From assembly GCA_034530875.2 (NCBI GenBank), contig JAVRCJ020000020.1, positions 91,162 through 155,161 of the forward strand: a stretch of DNA of 64,000 nt. Direction: 5' to 3'. The DNA is from Nostoc sp. DedSLP01. Lineage in GTDB: Bacteria; Cyanobacteriota; Cyanobacteriia; Cyanobacteriales; Nostocaceae. Numbering within the stretch: position 1 is the stretch's first letter; each line of letters starts with the position of its first letter. Under the pieces are notes generated by a model. That model had not been told where the DNA came from and searched no databases. It was given only the letters and a program-made list of their open reading frames with translations. Positions 1 through 9,322 of this stretch are shown piece after piece. The translations under genes were made by a program, and so were the position numbers.

Positions 1-2147
1 TCAACCACCTAGAAAATGAAATTTTTGATGTCATTCTCTTAGATCTTTCCTTGCCAGATAGTGAGGGACTAGAAACCTTTGTCACTGCTCACCAAAGCGC
101 AAAATCAACTCCAATCATTGTGCTAACGGGTATAAACGATGAAACCTTGGCAACTAAAGCAATGCAGGAAGGAGCGCAAGATTATTTAGTCAAAGGGCAA
201 GTAACTGGCGATTTGCTGGTACGTTCCATGCGTTATGCGATCGAACGTCAACAGGCAGACAACGCACTGCGACAGAGTGAAGAACGATTTCGCGTAGCTT
301 TGAAAAACTCTCCGATTTTTGTCTACAACCAAGATAAGGAGTTACGGTACACTTGGGTTTACAATCCTTGCTATGGATTGAGCGTCGAGCAAATATTGGG
401 CACAAAAGACTTCGATATTATGTGTGACGAAGATGCTCAACGCCTGACGAATATCAAACTTAAGGTACTAAACACTGGCATAGGCACAAGAGAAAAAATA
501 TCAATTACAATCAAAGACATAACTCGATATTACGATTTGACAGTTGAGCCATTGCGGAACGAATCGCAAGAAGTTGTCGGGGTGACTTGCGCCAGTATCG
601 ATATCAGCGAACAACAAGCTGCATTGCGCGAACACAAATTAGCCCAAGAAAAAATCAAAGAACAAGCAGCATTGCTCGATGTCACCACAGATGCTATTTT
701 CGTCCGAGATTTAAACAATCAAATTGTCTTCTGGAACAAAGGTGCAGAAACACTTTACGGTTGGCGAGCTACAGAGGCTGTGGGAAAAAGCGTCAGCGAA
801 CTTTTATTTGACGAACCTTCGCCGGAAATCGAAGCGGCTCTTTTAGAAGTGATTAGTCAAGGTCAGTGGCAAGGCGAGTTAACTAAAATTACCAAAACTA
901 ACAAGGAAGTCCTTGTTGCTAGCCGTTGGAGTTTGGTATCTGATGAAGAGGGAAAACCTAAATCAATTCTGAGCGTTGACACAGATATTACAGAGAAAAA
1001 ACATTTAGAAGCCCAATTGTTTCGCGCTCAACGTTTGGAAAGCATTGGCACCTTAGCTAGTGGCATTGCTCACGACCTCAACAATATTCTGACGCCGATT
1101 TTGGCAGGAGCGCAACTATTACCATTGAAATTTCCCGATGCAGACGAACGAACTCGCCATTTACTAGAAATTGTGGAAATCAACGCCAGACGCGGAGCTG
1201 ATTTAGTCAAACAGGTGCTATCTTTTGCGCGGGGTGTGGAAGGAAAACACATCAATTTGCAACTCAGGCATTTAATTATGGAGGTTGCCAAAATTCTCAA
1301 AGAGACATTTCCCAAATCCATAGAAATTAGCACTGATGTACTACAGGATTTATGGATGGTTTCTGGAGATAGTACCCAACTCCATCAAGTACTAATGAAC
1401 CTCTGCGTTAATGCTCGCGATGCTATGCCCAATGGCGGTAGTTTGATAATTTCTGGGGAAAATCTATTTATTGACGAAAATTATGCGCGGATGAATCTGG
1501 AAGCCAAGGTGGGAGCTTATACAGTGATTACTGTCTCGGATACTGGAGTTGGGATTCCGCGAGAAATGTTAGATAGAATTTTTGAGCCATTTTTTACCAC
1601 AAAAAATCTCGGGCAAGGCACAGGTTTAGGACTTTCGACGGTACTGGGAATCATCAAAAGCCACGGAGGTTTCGTGAATGTGTACAGCGAACCCGGAAGT
1701 GGTACTAGCTTTAAAGTTTACTTGCCAGCTGTAGAAGGTATGGAAACACTTACCTTGGCAGATTCGATACCACAAACAGGACATGGAGAGTTGATTTTAC
1801 TTGTGGATGACGAGCCAGCCATTCAGGAGATTACTAAATCATCGCTGGAAACTTACAACTACAAAACCTTAATTGCCAGCGATGGCATTGAAGCGATCGC
1901 ACTGTACGCTAAAAATGCCAGCAAAATTAGTGCTGTATTAATCGATATCATGCTGCCTTCTCTGGATGGTTTAACTGCTATTCGTACCTTGAAAAAAATC
2001 AACCCAGAAGTCAAAGTTATTGCTAGCAGTGGATTAATGTCTGAAAGTAAGCTTAGTGCAGTAGCAAACATTGGTGTCACTACATTTTTGCCAAAACCTT
2101 ATACTGTCAACGAATTATTACTTTCTTTACAAAAAGTGCTTTCCTAA
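1..2147 (+). CDS. Hybrid sensor histidine kinase/response regulator (REC-PAS-PAS-HisKA-HATPase-REC), 5' end outside the window
   Basis: Frame is open from position 3 (NHLENEIFDVILLDLSLPD, receiver phospho-Asp motif). H-box GIAHDLNNIL, N-box NLCVNARDAM, G boxes DTGVGI and GTGLGL, C-terminal receiver LLVDDE...DIMLP...KPY. Confidence 0.93.
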   Translation, partial: NHLENEIFDVILLDLSLPDSEGLETFVTAHQSAKSTPIIVLTGINDETLATKAMQEGAQDYLVKGQVTGDLLVRSMRYAIERQQADNALRQSEERFRVALKNSPIFVYNQDKELRYTWVYNPCYGLSVEQILGTKDFDIMCDEDAQRLTNIKLKVLNTGIGTREKISITIKDITRYYDLTVEPLRNESQEVVGVTCASIDISEQQAALREHKLAQEKIKEQAALLDVTTDAIFVRDLNNQIVFWNKGAETLYGWRATEAVGKSVSELLFDEPSPEIEAALLEVISQGQWQGELTKITKTNKEVLVASRWSLVSDEEGKPKSILSVDTDITEKKHLEAQLFRAQRLESIGTLASGIAHDLNNILTPILAGAQLLPLKFPDADERTRHLLEIVEINARRGADLVKQVLSFARGVEGKHINLQLRHLIMEVAKILKETFPKSIEISTDVLQDLWMVSGDSTQLHQVLMNLCVNARDAMPNGGSLIISGENLFIDENYARMNLEAKVGAYTVITVSDTGVGIPREMLDRIFEPFFTTKNLGQGTGLGLSTVLGIIKSHGGFVNVYSEPGSGTSFKVYLPAVEGMETLTLADSIPQTGHGELILLVDDEPAIQEITKSSLETYNYKTLIASDGIEAIALYAKNASKISAVLIDIMLPSLDGLTAIRTLKKINPEVKVIASSGLMSESKLSAVANIGVTTFLPKPYTVNELLLSLQKVLS

Positions 2148-2304
2148 GTAAAAGAAGTTAAAACGTAAAAGGCAAAATATTTTTTATACCAGTTGAACCA
2201 TAGTTAACAACATCAACTGACTGTAAAACACAGATAGCAACGGGCTTTAAGACCTGTTGGTATTGCTATTGCCTGTTACTTACTATAGCTTTTGACTTTT
2301 TAAT

Positions 2305-3216
2305 ATGCCTAAGTTTTTCAAGTTAATCATCAATATAGTAGCCTTAGCCATATTCTTACTTGTATCTCACCAAGTTTGGGCGCAAGAATGGCGTCCAGTT
2401 CGCGGCGGTATTTCTTTTGGTATCAGCGGTATGACGTTGATAAAGCAGCAAAGTAATTCTTTAGATTTTCTGATTGTTCATGATAATAAAAAACCCAATC
2501 AAAGCCGTTTGGCAATTATTAGTGTTAAAGGCAAAAACCAACCCGAATATTTTCCTTTAAGTTGGGCGAATCAAACAGAATTGCCAAGTGATTTGGAGGC
2601 AATAACAAATATTCCTCAAGATAAAAATTCGGATTTTATTGCTTTAAGTAGTACAGGTAAGGTTTATTATTTCAAGTTAGATATTAAGACAAAAAATATT
2701 TCTATAGTGAAAGAGTTTGAACTACCAGAAATTACGTCAAAAACTAATTTAGAAGCATTTGGCTTACAATATATAGATGGTAAATTAATTGCTATATGGG
2801 CCGATCGCGGAGAAGGAAAAACAGCAGCAACCATTTATTTTGGAGAATTTAACCCCAAAACTTATCAAATTAAACTCTCAGGTTATAGTAACTTTAAAGT
2901 GCCATTTCCCTCTGGCAATGTCCGGCATATTTCCGATCTAAAAGTAGACTCATTGGGAATTGTTTACGTTACATCAGCCAGCGATCCTGGTGATGACGGC
3001 CCATTTGAATCAGCTGTGTATATTGCTGGTTACTTGAAATTGTGCGGTAATAATATAATTTGGCGATCGCATCCTCAACTCGTTCCCCTTTATCGCTCTT
3101 ATTATCACAAAATTGAAGCGATAGAACTGATTCCAGGTGTAGAAGGCGGTGTGATTGTCGGTACGGATGACGAAAATCTCGGTTCCTATATATATATTGT
3201 GGGCGGAAATAACTGA
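2305..3216 (+). CDS. Secreted hypothetical protein, probable beta-propeller
   Basis: 303-aa ORF with Sec signal peptide (...VWA-QE). Recurring DLEAI/NLEAF/KIEAI and GTDDE motifs suggest propeller blades (inference). Confidence 0.7.
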   Translation: MPKFFKLIINIVALAIFLLVSHQVWAQEWRPVRGGISFGISGMTLIKQQSNSLDFLIVHDNKKPNQSRLAIISVKGKNQPEYFPLSWANQTELPSDLEAITNIPQDKNSDFIALSSTGKVYYFKLDIKTKNISIVKEFELPEITSKTNLEAFGLQYIDGKLIAIWADRGEGKTAATIYFGEFNPKTYQIKLSGYSNFKVPFPSGNVRHISDLKVDSLGIVYVTSASDPGDDGPFESAVYIAGYLKLCGNNIIWRSHPQLVPLYRSYYHKIEAIELIPGVEGGVIVGTDDENLGSYIYIVGGNN

Positions 3217-3309
3217 TACCAATTCACTTTCCCCCTTACCCTTTTCCCGACTTCTGCAAGAAGTCTATTGATTAGGTAGAAAAATATAGCTGCTGGGATT
3301 CAATTAAAT

Positions 3310-3338
3310 GGGGCGCATAGCTAACTATGCGCCCCTAC
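3310..3338. repeat. GTAG-type REP-like palindrome, copy 1
   Basis: GGGGCGCATAG-CTAA-CTATGCGCCCC-TAC between convergent genes; related copies at 10783, 28614, 43616, 49742. Confidence 0.8.
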
Positions 3339-3384
3339 TGTAATTTATTCAAATGTCAATTACTTGTGATGATTAGCTATGCAA

Positions 3385-4155
3385 TTAACGGAAGTTACCA
3401 GGATTTAAGCGAACAGAGTTAGGCTGAGACTGGCGACGAATTGCAACTCCATTGCGGAGGTTTCTAGCGGTACCGCCATCTTTGGCGTCGAGGAAAGGCT
3501 TGAGATTAATCGCACCTCTAGATGAACTAACTCGATTGTTACCATTGCCTAGCAGCGTGCGTCCTAAATTATATATGCTTCCGGAGCGATCGCCATAAGT
3601 GTTAACGGCTATGGTTTGTTGTCCGCTGTCAGCAGTAGTCAAGTTTTGGAAAATACTATTGCGGATAACAACGGGATCTTTGCCAGGCGGTACTGTCAAG
3701 ACAATTCTACAGGTTGGGTTAACTTCAGTTGTGACGCAAACAATGTTTTGGTTATTTTGTACCGATGTCTGGAGTTCTTGCAAACCATCTGGACGATACT
3801 GTTCCAAGCGGCTGGCAATTGCTACACAACGTCTTTCGGCATCCCAACCACCGCCTAAAGTCGCAGGTGCCGCCCAAGGAAAGTATTGTCCTGGTTGACT
3901 TTGTGGCTGATACATGACGGTGTACTGTCCATTGTAAGTCTGACAGGTAAAGCGAGTTGTACTGTCACCAGAAGGTGATGTTGGTATGCCTGTGGATGTA
4001 TCTATTGGTACGCTCCCACCTTGTGGTACTGTTGGTACTACCACACCATCCCCGCTGCTTGAATCGTCATATTGCGCCATTGCTGCGGAATTACCGAGAC
4101 ACAAAGATAAGCCAAGACTGCCTAAAGATATCAATCGCAGCAGTTTTGATGACAT
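3385..4155 (-). CDS. COP23 domain-containing secreted protein
   Basis: Signal peptide plus motifs TRFTCQ, GGGWDAERRC and NIVCVTTE...CRIVLTVPPG typical of COP23. GGAGG RBS supports the ATG at 4155. Confidence 0.8.
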   Translation of the reverse strand: MSSKLLRLISLGSLGLSLCLGNSAAMAQYDDSSSGDGVVVPTVPQGGSVPIDTSTGIPTSPSGDSTTRFTCQTYNGQYTVMYQPQSQPGQYFPWAAPATLGGGWDAERRCVAIASRLEQYRPDGLQELQTSVQNNQNIVCVTTEVNPTCRIVLTVPPGKDPVVIRNSIFQNLTTADSGQQTIAVNTYGDRSGSIYNLGRTLLGNGNNRVSSSRGAINLKPFLDAKDGGTARNLRNGVAIRRQSQPNSVRLNPGNFR

Positions 4156-4356
4156 AGCCATCCTCCAGTATAAATATGTAGGGATTTGATAGTTTAATAA
4201 CAAAGAATTCAAGAGTCAGTTGTCAGAATTCATACTCAATTCTGTATGACTGTCGGATAAATAACTGTTGAAATCAAGCATTGCTGAATTCTAAATTCTG
4301 AATTCTGACTTCTGTTTTAAGTGACGAATAATTCTATTTTTTGATTCATTCAAAAC

Positions 4357-5997
4357 CTATTTTTTTTCTTCTCTTGCTTTTTTCTCTTGTAATATCTTTT
4401 TCACTCTTGCTTGAATTTCTAGATGACGCCCCACTCCTTCATAGGCGTAACGATTATAACTACTACGGATAATCAGGTTTTCTAAATCGCTAACTCTTTC
4501 GCTACCGCCAGGGTGAGAAGATAACCAACTAGGAGGAGCATTTTTTTGCTGTTTATCTAATGTCACCATTAAGTTACGTAAACCATCAGCAGCATAACCA
4601 GAAGCTACAATTAAGCGCGTGCCGAGTGTATCTGCTTGACGTTCCATGTCTCGGCTGTAACTGAGTGCAAACAGTTGACCGATGGTGCCGCCTAAAGGTA
4701 GATATTGGGTAACGTTGGAGATTAAGTTGCCTTGGGTGACTAATTGAAAACCGTGAGATAAGACCACATGGGATAATTCATGACCAATTAAACCAGCTAA
4801 TTCTGCTTCGGAATTAGTCTTGGCGATCGCACCCGCATTAATAAAAATCTTACCGCCAGGTAAGGCAAAGGCGTTGAGACTTTCCTCTGGAATCACAAAA
4901 AATTCGTATTTAAATTCTTCACGTCCAGTTACTTTGGCTAATTTCTGGCCGATTTCGTTAACATATCCCAAAACAGCTTCGTCTGTAATTACATGTAACT
5001 GTTTTTTGGCGTCTTTGGCTACCGACTCACCTATGGCTCTTTCACCTTGGAGCAGAACGATTGTAGAATCAATGGCAGAAAATGGCCCGAGCAAACTGCC
5101 ACTCAGAGCGTAACCCAATGCACCTGTAATAATATTACCGATGACATTACCTCGAATTTCTGCTCGGATATGTTTTTTGTAACGTTCGAGATTTTCCTCT
5201 GCTAAATTTGTAAACTCAGCCGCTTGCGGATTTTCAGGGTTGAGAATGGCAAATTGACGCGCTGCTAAAGAAGCTTCCATCCATTTTTTTTCCTCAGCCA
5301 AGGCACTGACTCTAGCTTTAGTCAATTCTGGTTGGTCTGGATAAAGAGAAGATGCCCGTTCTAATATATCTAACGCTTCTTTGGGGCGATCGTATTGTTT
5401 CAATATTTGAGCATATCGGATATGGCCGGGGATAAATTCGGGATATTGCTCGACTAATAATTGCAAAGGTATAACCGTTCTTGTTTGTAACTTACTTGCT
5501 ATCCCGGCCTCTGATTCTCGCCAGTATACCTTTCCTCCTGGGGATAGTTGCGTGGGGTCGAGTATTGCTGGTTTACGTTCTTCTGGCGTGCTTGTTTTGC
5601 TAAAAGGTGCTTTTAACTCGCGGTAAATTTTTTCTGCTTCTGGGATTTGTCCGGCTAGATAAAGTTTATCTGCTTCAATAAATTTTAACTGGCGGGAAAT
5701 TTCTTCAGGGCTGAGTGCAGGTTCCTGTGCTGACTCTGGCTTTTTCGGTTGGGAAACTTCTGGCGAGGCTTCTTTTGTTGGCGAACGTTGTATGGCTTCG
5801 CGCAACTTTTGGTCTTTAGTCGTTTCTAAACTGGGTGAGTTTATGGTTTCGACTGTACTAGACGCAGCAGGTTCTTGTGCTGGAACTGGTGCTGTCGGCT
5901 GCATCAAAATAATCAACATTGATGTACCAACTGAGAGTAATACCCAGTTACAAGCTAGCAGTAGAGACTTCCAGGTTCGTTTCATGCTGGGTGCCAT
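4357..5997 (-). CDS. M48 family metallopeptidase with TPR-like N-terminal region
   Basis: NAFALPGG, HELSH zinc motif, YSRDMERQAD, SSHP. The start may instead be the ATG at 5985. Confidence 0.9.
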   Translation of the reverse strand: MAPSMKRTWKSLLLACNWVLLSVGTSMLIILMQPTAPVPAQEPAASSTVETINSPSLETTKDQKLREAIQRSPTKEASPEVSQPKKPESAQEPALSPEEISRQLKFIEADKLYLAGQIPEAEKIYRELKAPFSKTSTPEERKPAILDPTQLSPGGKVYWRESEAGIASKLQTRTVIPLQLLVEQYPEFIPGHIRYAQILKQYDRPKEALDILERASSLYPDQPELTKARVSALAEEKKWMEASLAARQFAILNPENPQAAEFTNLAEENLERYKKHIRAEIRGNVIGNIITGALGYALSGSLLGPFSAIDSTIVLLQGERAIGESVAKDAKKQLHVITDEAVLGYVNEIGQKLAKVTGREEFKYEFFVIPEESLNAFALPGGKIFINAGAIAKTNSEAELAGLIGHELSHVVLSHGFQLVTQGNLISNVTQYLPLGGTIGQLFALSYSRDMERQADTLGTRLIVASGYAADGLRNLMVTLDKQQKNAPPSWLSSHPGGSERVSDLENLIIRSSYNRYAYEGVGRHLEIQARVKKILQEKKAREEKK

Positions 5998-6079
5998 TTA
6001 TGCAAAAGGCTGTTTTTTAAATGTTACGAGGAATTAGGACTTACGTACATGGAGCGAGCGCCGCTATTTTACAACACAC

Positions 6080-6106
6080 AAAAACCCCGGCTAATTTAGC
6101 CAGGGT
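6080..6106 (-). terminator. Intrinsic terminator of the downstream psb34-like copy
   Basis: Minus strand ACCCTGGCTAAATTAGCCGGGGT followed by a T run. Confidence 0.75.
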
Positions 6107-6161
6107 GAAGTCGAGAAGTGAGAATGGCGATGAGATACAGCGATAAAGAAGTCAAAAAATC

Positions 6162-6332
6162 TTAGCTAACACTAATACCAACTAAAACTAAAGTTGTAAC
6201 GATTAAAGCTGCAAAAGTAGCTTGGATTAAGTATTTGCGTTGTTCCCAAATCGCGGGGTACTGAGCGTAATACATCTTGGGTTCGTTTGCGTAGTTATTG
6301 AGAACGCCGTCTTCATTTACAGTGGTGTACAT
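6162..6332 (-). CDS. psb34: Psb34 / ssl1498-family photosystem II assembly protein, copy A (56 aa; not in ORF track)
   Basis: Hand translation MYTTVNEDGVLNNYANEPKMYYAQYPAIWEQRKYLIQATFAALIVTTLVLVGISVS: LNNYAxEPxMY motif plus one C-terminal TM helix. Confidence 0.88.
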   Translation of the reverse strand: MYTTVNEDGVLNNYANEPKMYYAQYPAIWEQRKYLIQATFAALIVTTLVLVGISVS

Positions 6333-6370
6333 AATTTTTTCTCTTGGTTGTTTATTAACTTATGTAAATA

Positions 6371-6399
6371 AATTTAACAACTTTGTTACAAAATGTCAA
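6371..6399 (-). promoter_or_regulatory. sigma70-type promoter of psb34 copy A
   Basis: Minus strand TTGACA-N17-TAAATT about 40 nt upstream of the ATG; the same layout is kept in copy B. Confidence 0.7.
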
Positions 6400-6579
6400 C
6401 TGGGCTTGACAAAAAAAGAGTGATAGCGCTAATAAAGGCTACTTATCTAAACAATCCGGTCTAAAACCGTACTTCGTCCAAAGTTTTTGAAACGGGGTAT
6501 AAATCCTCGTTACAAAAACGCCTCCTGCCTCCTGCCCCCTGCCTCCTGCCTTCGTTAAGCGATCGCCAAAAGCTAAAAC

Positions 6580-6610
6580 AAAAAAAACCCTGGCTAATTT
6601 AGCCAGGGTT
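6580..6610 (-). terminator. Intrinsic terminator of the upstream psb34-like copy
   Basis: Minus strand AACCCTGGCTAAATTAGCCAGGG followed by T8. Confidence 0.78.
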
Positions 6611-6664
6611 AAGTCGAGAAGTGAGAATGACGATGAGATATCGAGGTACCGAAATCTAAAAATC

Positions 6665-6835
6665 TTAGCTGACGCTAAAAGCAACCAAAACTAGAGTGGT
6701 GACTATTAAACTTGCAAAAGTGCCTTGAACTAAATATTTACGTTGTTCCCAAATTGCAGGGTAATCAGCGTAGTACATCTTAGGTTCGTTTGCGTAGTTA
6801 TTGAGAACGCCGTCTTCATTTACAGTGGTGTACAT
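6665..6835 (-). CDS. psb34: Psb34 / ssl1498-family protein, copy B (56 aa; not in ORF track)
   Basis: Hand translation MYTTVNEDGVLNNYANEPKMYYADYPAIWEQRKYLVQGTFASLIVTTLVLVAFSVS; offset 503 bp from copy A. Confidence 0.88.
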   Translation of the reverse strand: MYTTVNEDGVLNNYANEPKMYYADYPAIWEQRKYLVQGTFASLIVTTLVLVAFSVS

Positions 6836-6873
6836 AATTTTTTCTCTTGGTTGTTTATTAACTTATGTAAATA

Positions 6874-6902
6874 AATTTAACAAATTTGTTACAAACTGTC
6901 AA
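6874..6902 (-). promoter_or_regulatory. sigma70-type promoter of psb34 copy B
   Basis: Minus strand TTGACA-N17-TAAATT, same spacing to the ATG as copy A. Confidence 0.7.
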
Positions 6903-7111
6903 CTAGACTTGACAAAAAAAGAATGATAGCAGTAATAAAACCTGCTTATCAGCTTTGCGCTCGTAGATTTATCCTTGCAAAGAAACAAAAGAATTCTGAT
7001 GAATACCTAGTGGAAAACCGCTTTATCTCTTAGAGAGGCACAAAAAACGCAAAACCGGAGCCATTTCGCGTCCGGTGATTGTTACAAGTCTTACTTTTAA
7101 GCTGTTTTAGG

Positions 7112-8158
7112 CTAATTCTTCATTACTGCATCCAAAAGCACCTCGGCACCAAAGCGAACGACATCGGTGCAAGGTAGTCCGGTTTCTGCTGTTGTGTGAG
7201 CGATCGCTTCGTTAGCCGCATATTCATCTAAATGAGCTGTGTTGAGCGCTATACCCACTACATGCACGTTGCCAAAAGCACCGCCAGCACTAGCAACACT
7301 TTCATAAAGCTGGATTACCTTACGTAAAGGTGGAATTATTACATGGGGATGATTGCGTACATGAACTTGTCCGGCGCGATGTGCCAAAATCAGTTCGGTT
7401 GGCTGGGAACCACGGATTAAGGGTAGGGTTGCTGTTGAACCAGGATGTAGTAACGAACCTTGTCCTTCAATATGCAGGATGTCGTAGTTTTTGCCATAGC
7501 GCATAACTACCTGTTCTACAGCACCAGCGGCAAAGTCTACCCGCACGGCATCCAGAGGCACGCCATCGCCTTCTAACATCATGCCTGTTTGCCCTGTAGC
7601 TATGAATTTAGAACGCCATCCCCGCAGTTTTGATGCCCGATCTAACTCTAAGCTAGTTGACATTTTACCGATCGCCATATCGGTTCCCACAGTCAATACC
7701 CGCCTACAGGGGAGGGTGCGTGCCATTCCACTAGCAATACTAATATTAGATGGCTCTTTGCGCACATCCCATATCAATTGCCCTGGTTTGAGCAGTGCAT
7801 TTAATTCTGGCATATTTGCCATTAGTGTATGTAAACCATTCACCAGCGACATTCCAGCTTGTAAAGCTTCTTTGATTTCCAACCAGTAATCATCTGGTAC
7901 GGCGCCGCCTCCTGGGGCGATACCAATTACCAAGACTTCCGGTTTGTACTCCAGGGCTGCGGCTACAGATCCTACTATCGGTACATCGCGGTTGATACCT
8001 GTTAGCTGTGGCAAAGATTTGCCGACAGAATCGCGATCGATGACTGCTACAATTGAGGCTTCGCTGTATCGTAAAATTGATAGCCCTGTTTTGCCTTGAG
8101 GCCCGCTAATTCCCTCATGAAGTAAGATAGCTATTCGTTGATTAACTGGCAGACGCAC
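7112..8158 (-). CDS. DUF1611 domain protein (DgcN-like, P-loop)
   Basis: GKTGLSILRY N-terminal domain, GTDMAIGKMSTS P-loop, ATGQTG and IEGQGSLLHP motifs; overlaps the upstream epimerase by 17 bp. Confidence 0.88.
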   Translation of the reverse strand: MRLPVNQRIAILLHEGISGPQGKTGLSILRYSEASIVAVIDRDSVGKSLPQLTGINRDVPIVGSVAAALEYKPEVLVIGIAPGGGAVPDDYWLEIKEALQAGMSLVNGLHTLMANMPELNALLKPGQLIWDVRKEPSNISIASGMARTLPCRRVLTVGTDMAIGKMSTSLELDRASKLRGWRSKFIATGQTGMMLEGDGVPLDAVRVDFAAGAVEQVVMRYGKNYDILHIEGQGSLLHPGSTATLPLIRGSQPTELILAHRAGQVHVRNHPHVIIPPLRKVIQLYESVASAGGAFGNVHVVGIALNTAHLDEYAANEAIAHTTAETGLPCTDVVRFGAEVLLDAVMKN

Positions 8159-9194
8159 TGTGTTGTACCCCCAAACCTGGTAAATCGTTTGGCAAAACTC
8201 TTCCTTCTTTTAACAATGCACCCGTAAAGGGGTCATCAATTAAGTTCAGGTGACTGTCTAAATCTAAATAATCGGCTAGTGGTGCTAGCTGTACTGCTGC
8301 TGTATTGGCTAAGGAACTATCAGAATAACAACCGAACATTACTTGCAAGCGATGCGATCGGGCTACATGTACCATTCGCATTGCCTCTGTTAGCCCGCCT
8401 GATTTCATCAGTTTAATATTAATTCCATCTACGTAGTTTGCGAGATCGGGAATATCAAAGCTGGTAAAGCAACTTTCATCGACAAAAATGGGGAGAGGAG
8501 AATTTTCCTTAAGTTTTACGAGACTTGTTTCCTGCCCTCGCGGTAAAGGCTGTTCTACATACTTTATACCTAAATCAGCCAGCCAATTGCACATCACGAT
8601 CGCATCTGTTAAATTCCAGCCCCCGTTAGCATCAACAAAAAATTCTATATTTGGCGCTACTTCTCGCACAGCTAAAAGCATTTTTTGGTCTGCTTCTATG
8701 CCATCTGGACTACCTAGCTTGACTTTGAAAATCCGAACATCGGTATAGTTTAACCAGTCTTTTGCTCTGGCGATCGCGCCTTCTGGTGAATTAATGCCAA
8801 TTGTGACGGAAGTTGGTACAATTGCGGAGCGATCGAGTCCCCAAATTTGCCACAAAGGTAACCCTACGCGTTTACCAAGCCAATCGTGCATTGCTATGTC
8901 CAAAGCTGCTTTCGCGGCAGAAGGAAGCCGGTTTTGGTTTAACACTTCCTCAATTTCCTGCCGTTGTAACGGACTGAATGTTTGCAACAGCGGTACAACT
9001 TGCTCTAAAGCGTCTTTGATTGTATCAGTTGATTGTCGATGGTTGCCCACACCAAACGGCGATGCTTCTCCCCAACCTTCGATGCCATCTTCTAAAATTT
9101 TCACCCAGACATTCGTAGTCTGTGATGTTGTTCCCCGACTAATAGTTAATGGAAATCTCTTATTAACTGTAAATAAATTTACATTTATTTGCAT
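8142..9194 (-). CDS. Dipeptide epimerase (L-Ala-D/L-Glu epimerase family, enolase superfamily; DgcA-like)
   Basis: GWGEA, KVK catalytic motif, DANGGW, EQP and DES metal ligands, KLMK, DLD motif. Confidence 0.9.
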   Translation of the reverse strand: MQINVNLFTVNKRFPLTISRGTTSQTTNVWVKILEDGIEGWGEASPFGVGNHRQSTDTIKDALEQVVPLLQTFSPLQRQEIEEVLNQNRLPSAAKAALDIAMHDWLGKRVGLPLWQIWGLDRSAIVPTSVTIGINSPEGAIARAKDWLNYTDVRIFKVKLGSPDGIEADQKMLLAVREVAPNIEFFVDANGGWNLTDAIVMCNWLADLGIKYVEQPLPRGQETSLVKLKENSPLPIFVDESCFTSFDIPDLANYVDGINIKLMKSGGLTEAMRMVHVARSHRLQVMFGCYSDSSLANTAAVQLAPLADYLDLDSHLNLIDDPFTGALLKEGRVLPNDLPGLGVQHSASAS

Positions 9195-9322
9195 AAATAT
9201 AGAGTTTATTATTTTATAGCAAAAGCCAGTGTAAGTTCAAAATTTAGATTAACGGACGTATCTGTTATACTTTTTTACATTCATTGTATTATTCCTCAGA
9301 AAAATTTTATTTTTTACTGAAT

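Noticed and set aside
6439..6684. 81-aa minus-strand ORF between the psb34 copies
   Set aside because: It runs through a terminator hairpin and a GCCTCCT repeat tract and overlaps psb34 copy B out of frame.
9258..9270. Possible NtcA box between the epimerase and NUDIX genes (similar case near 43839)
   Set aside because: Spacing is GTA-N7-TAC here and GTA-N9-TAC near 43839, not the required N8.
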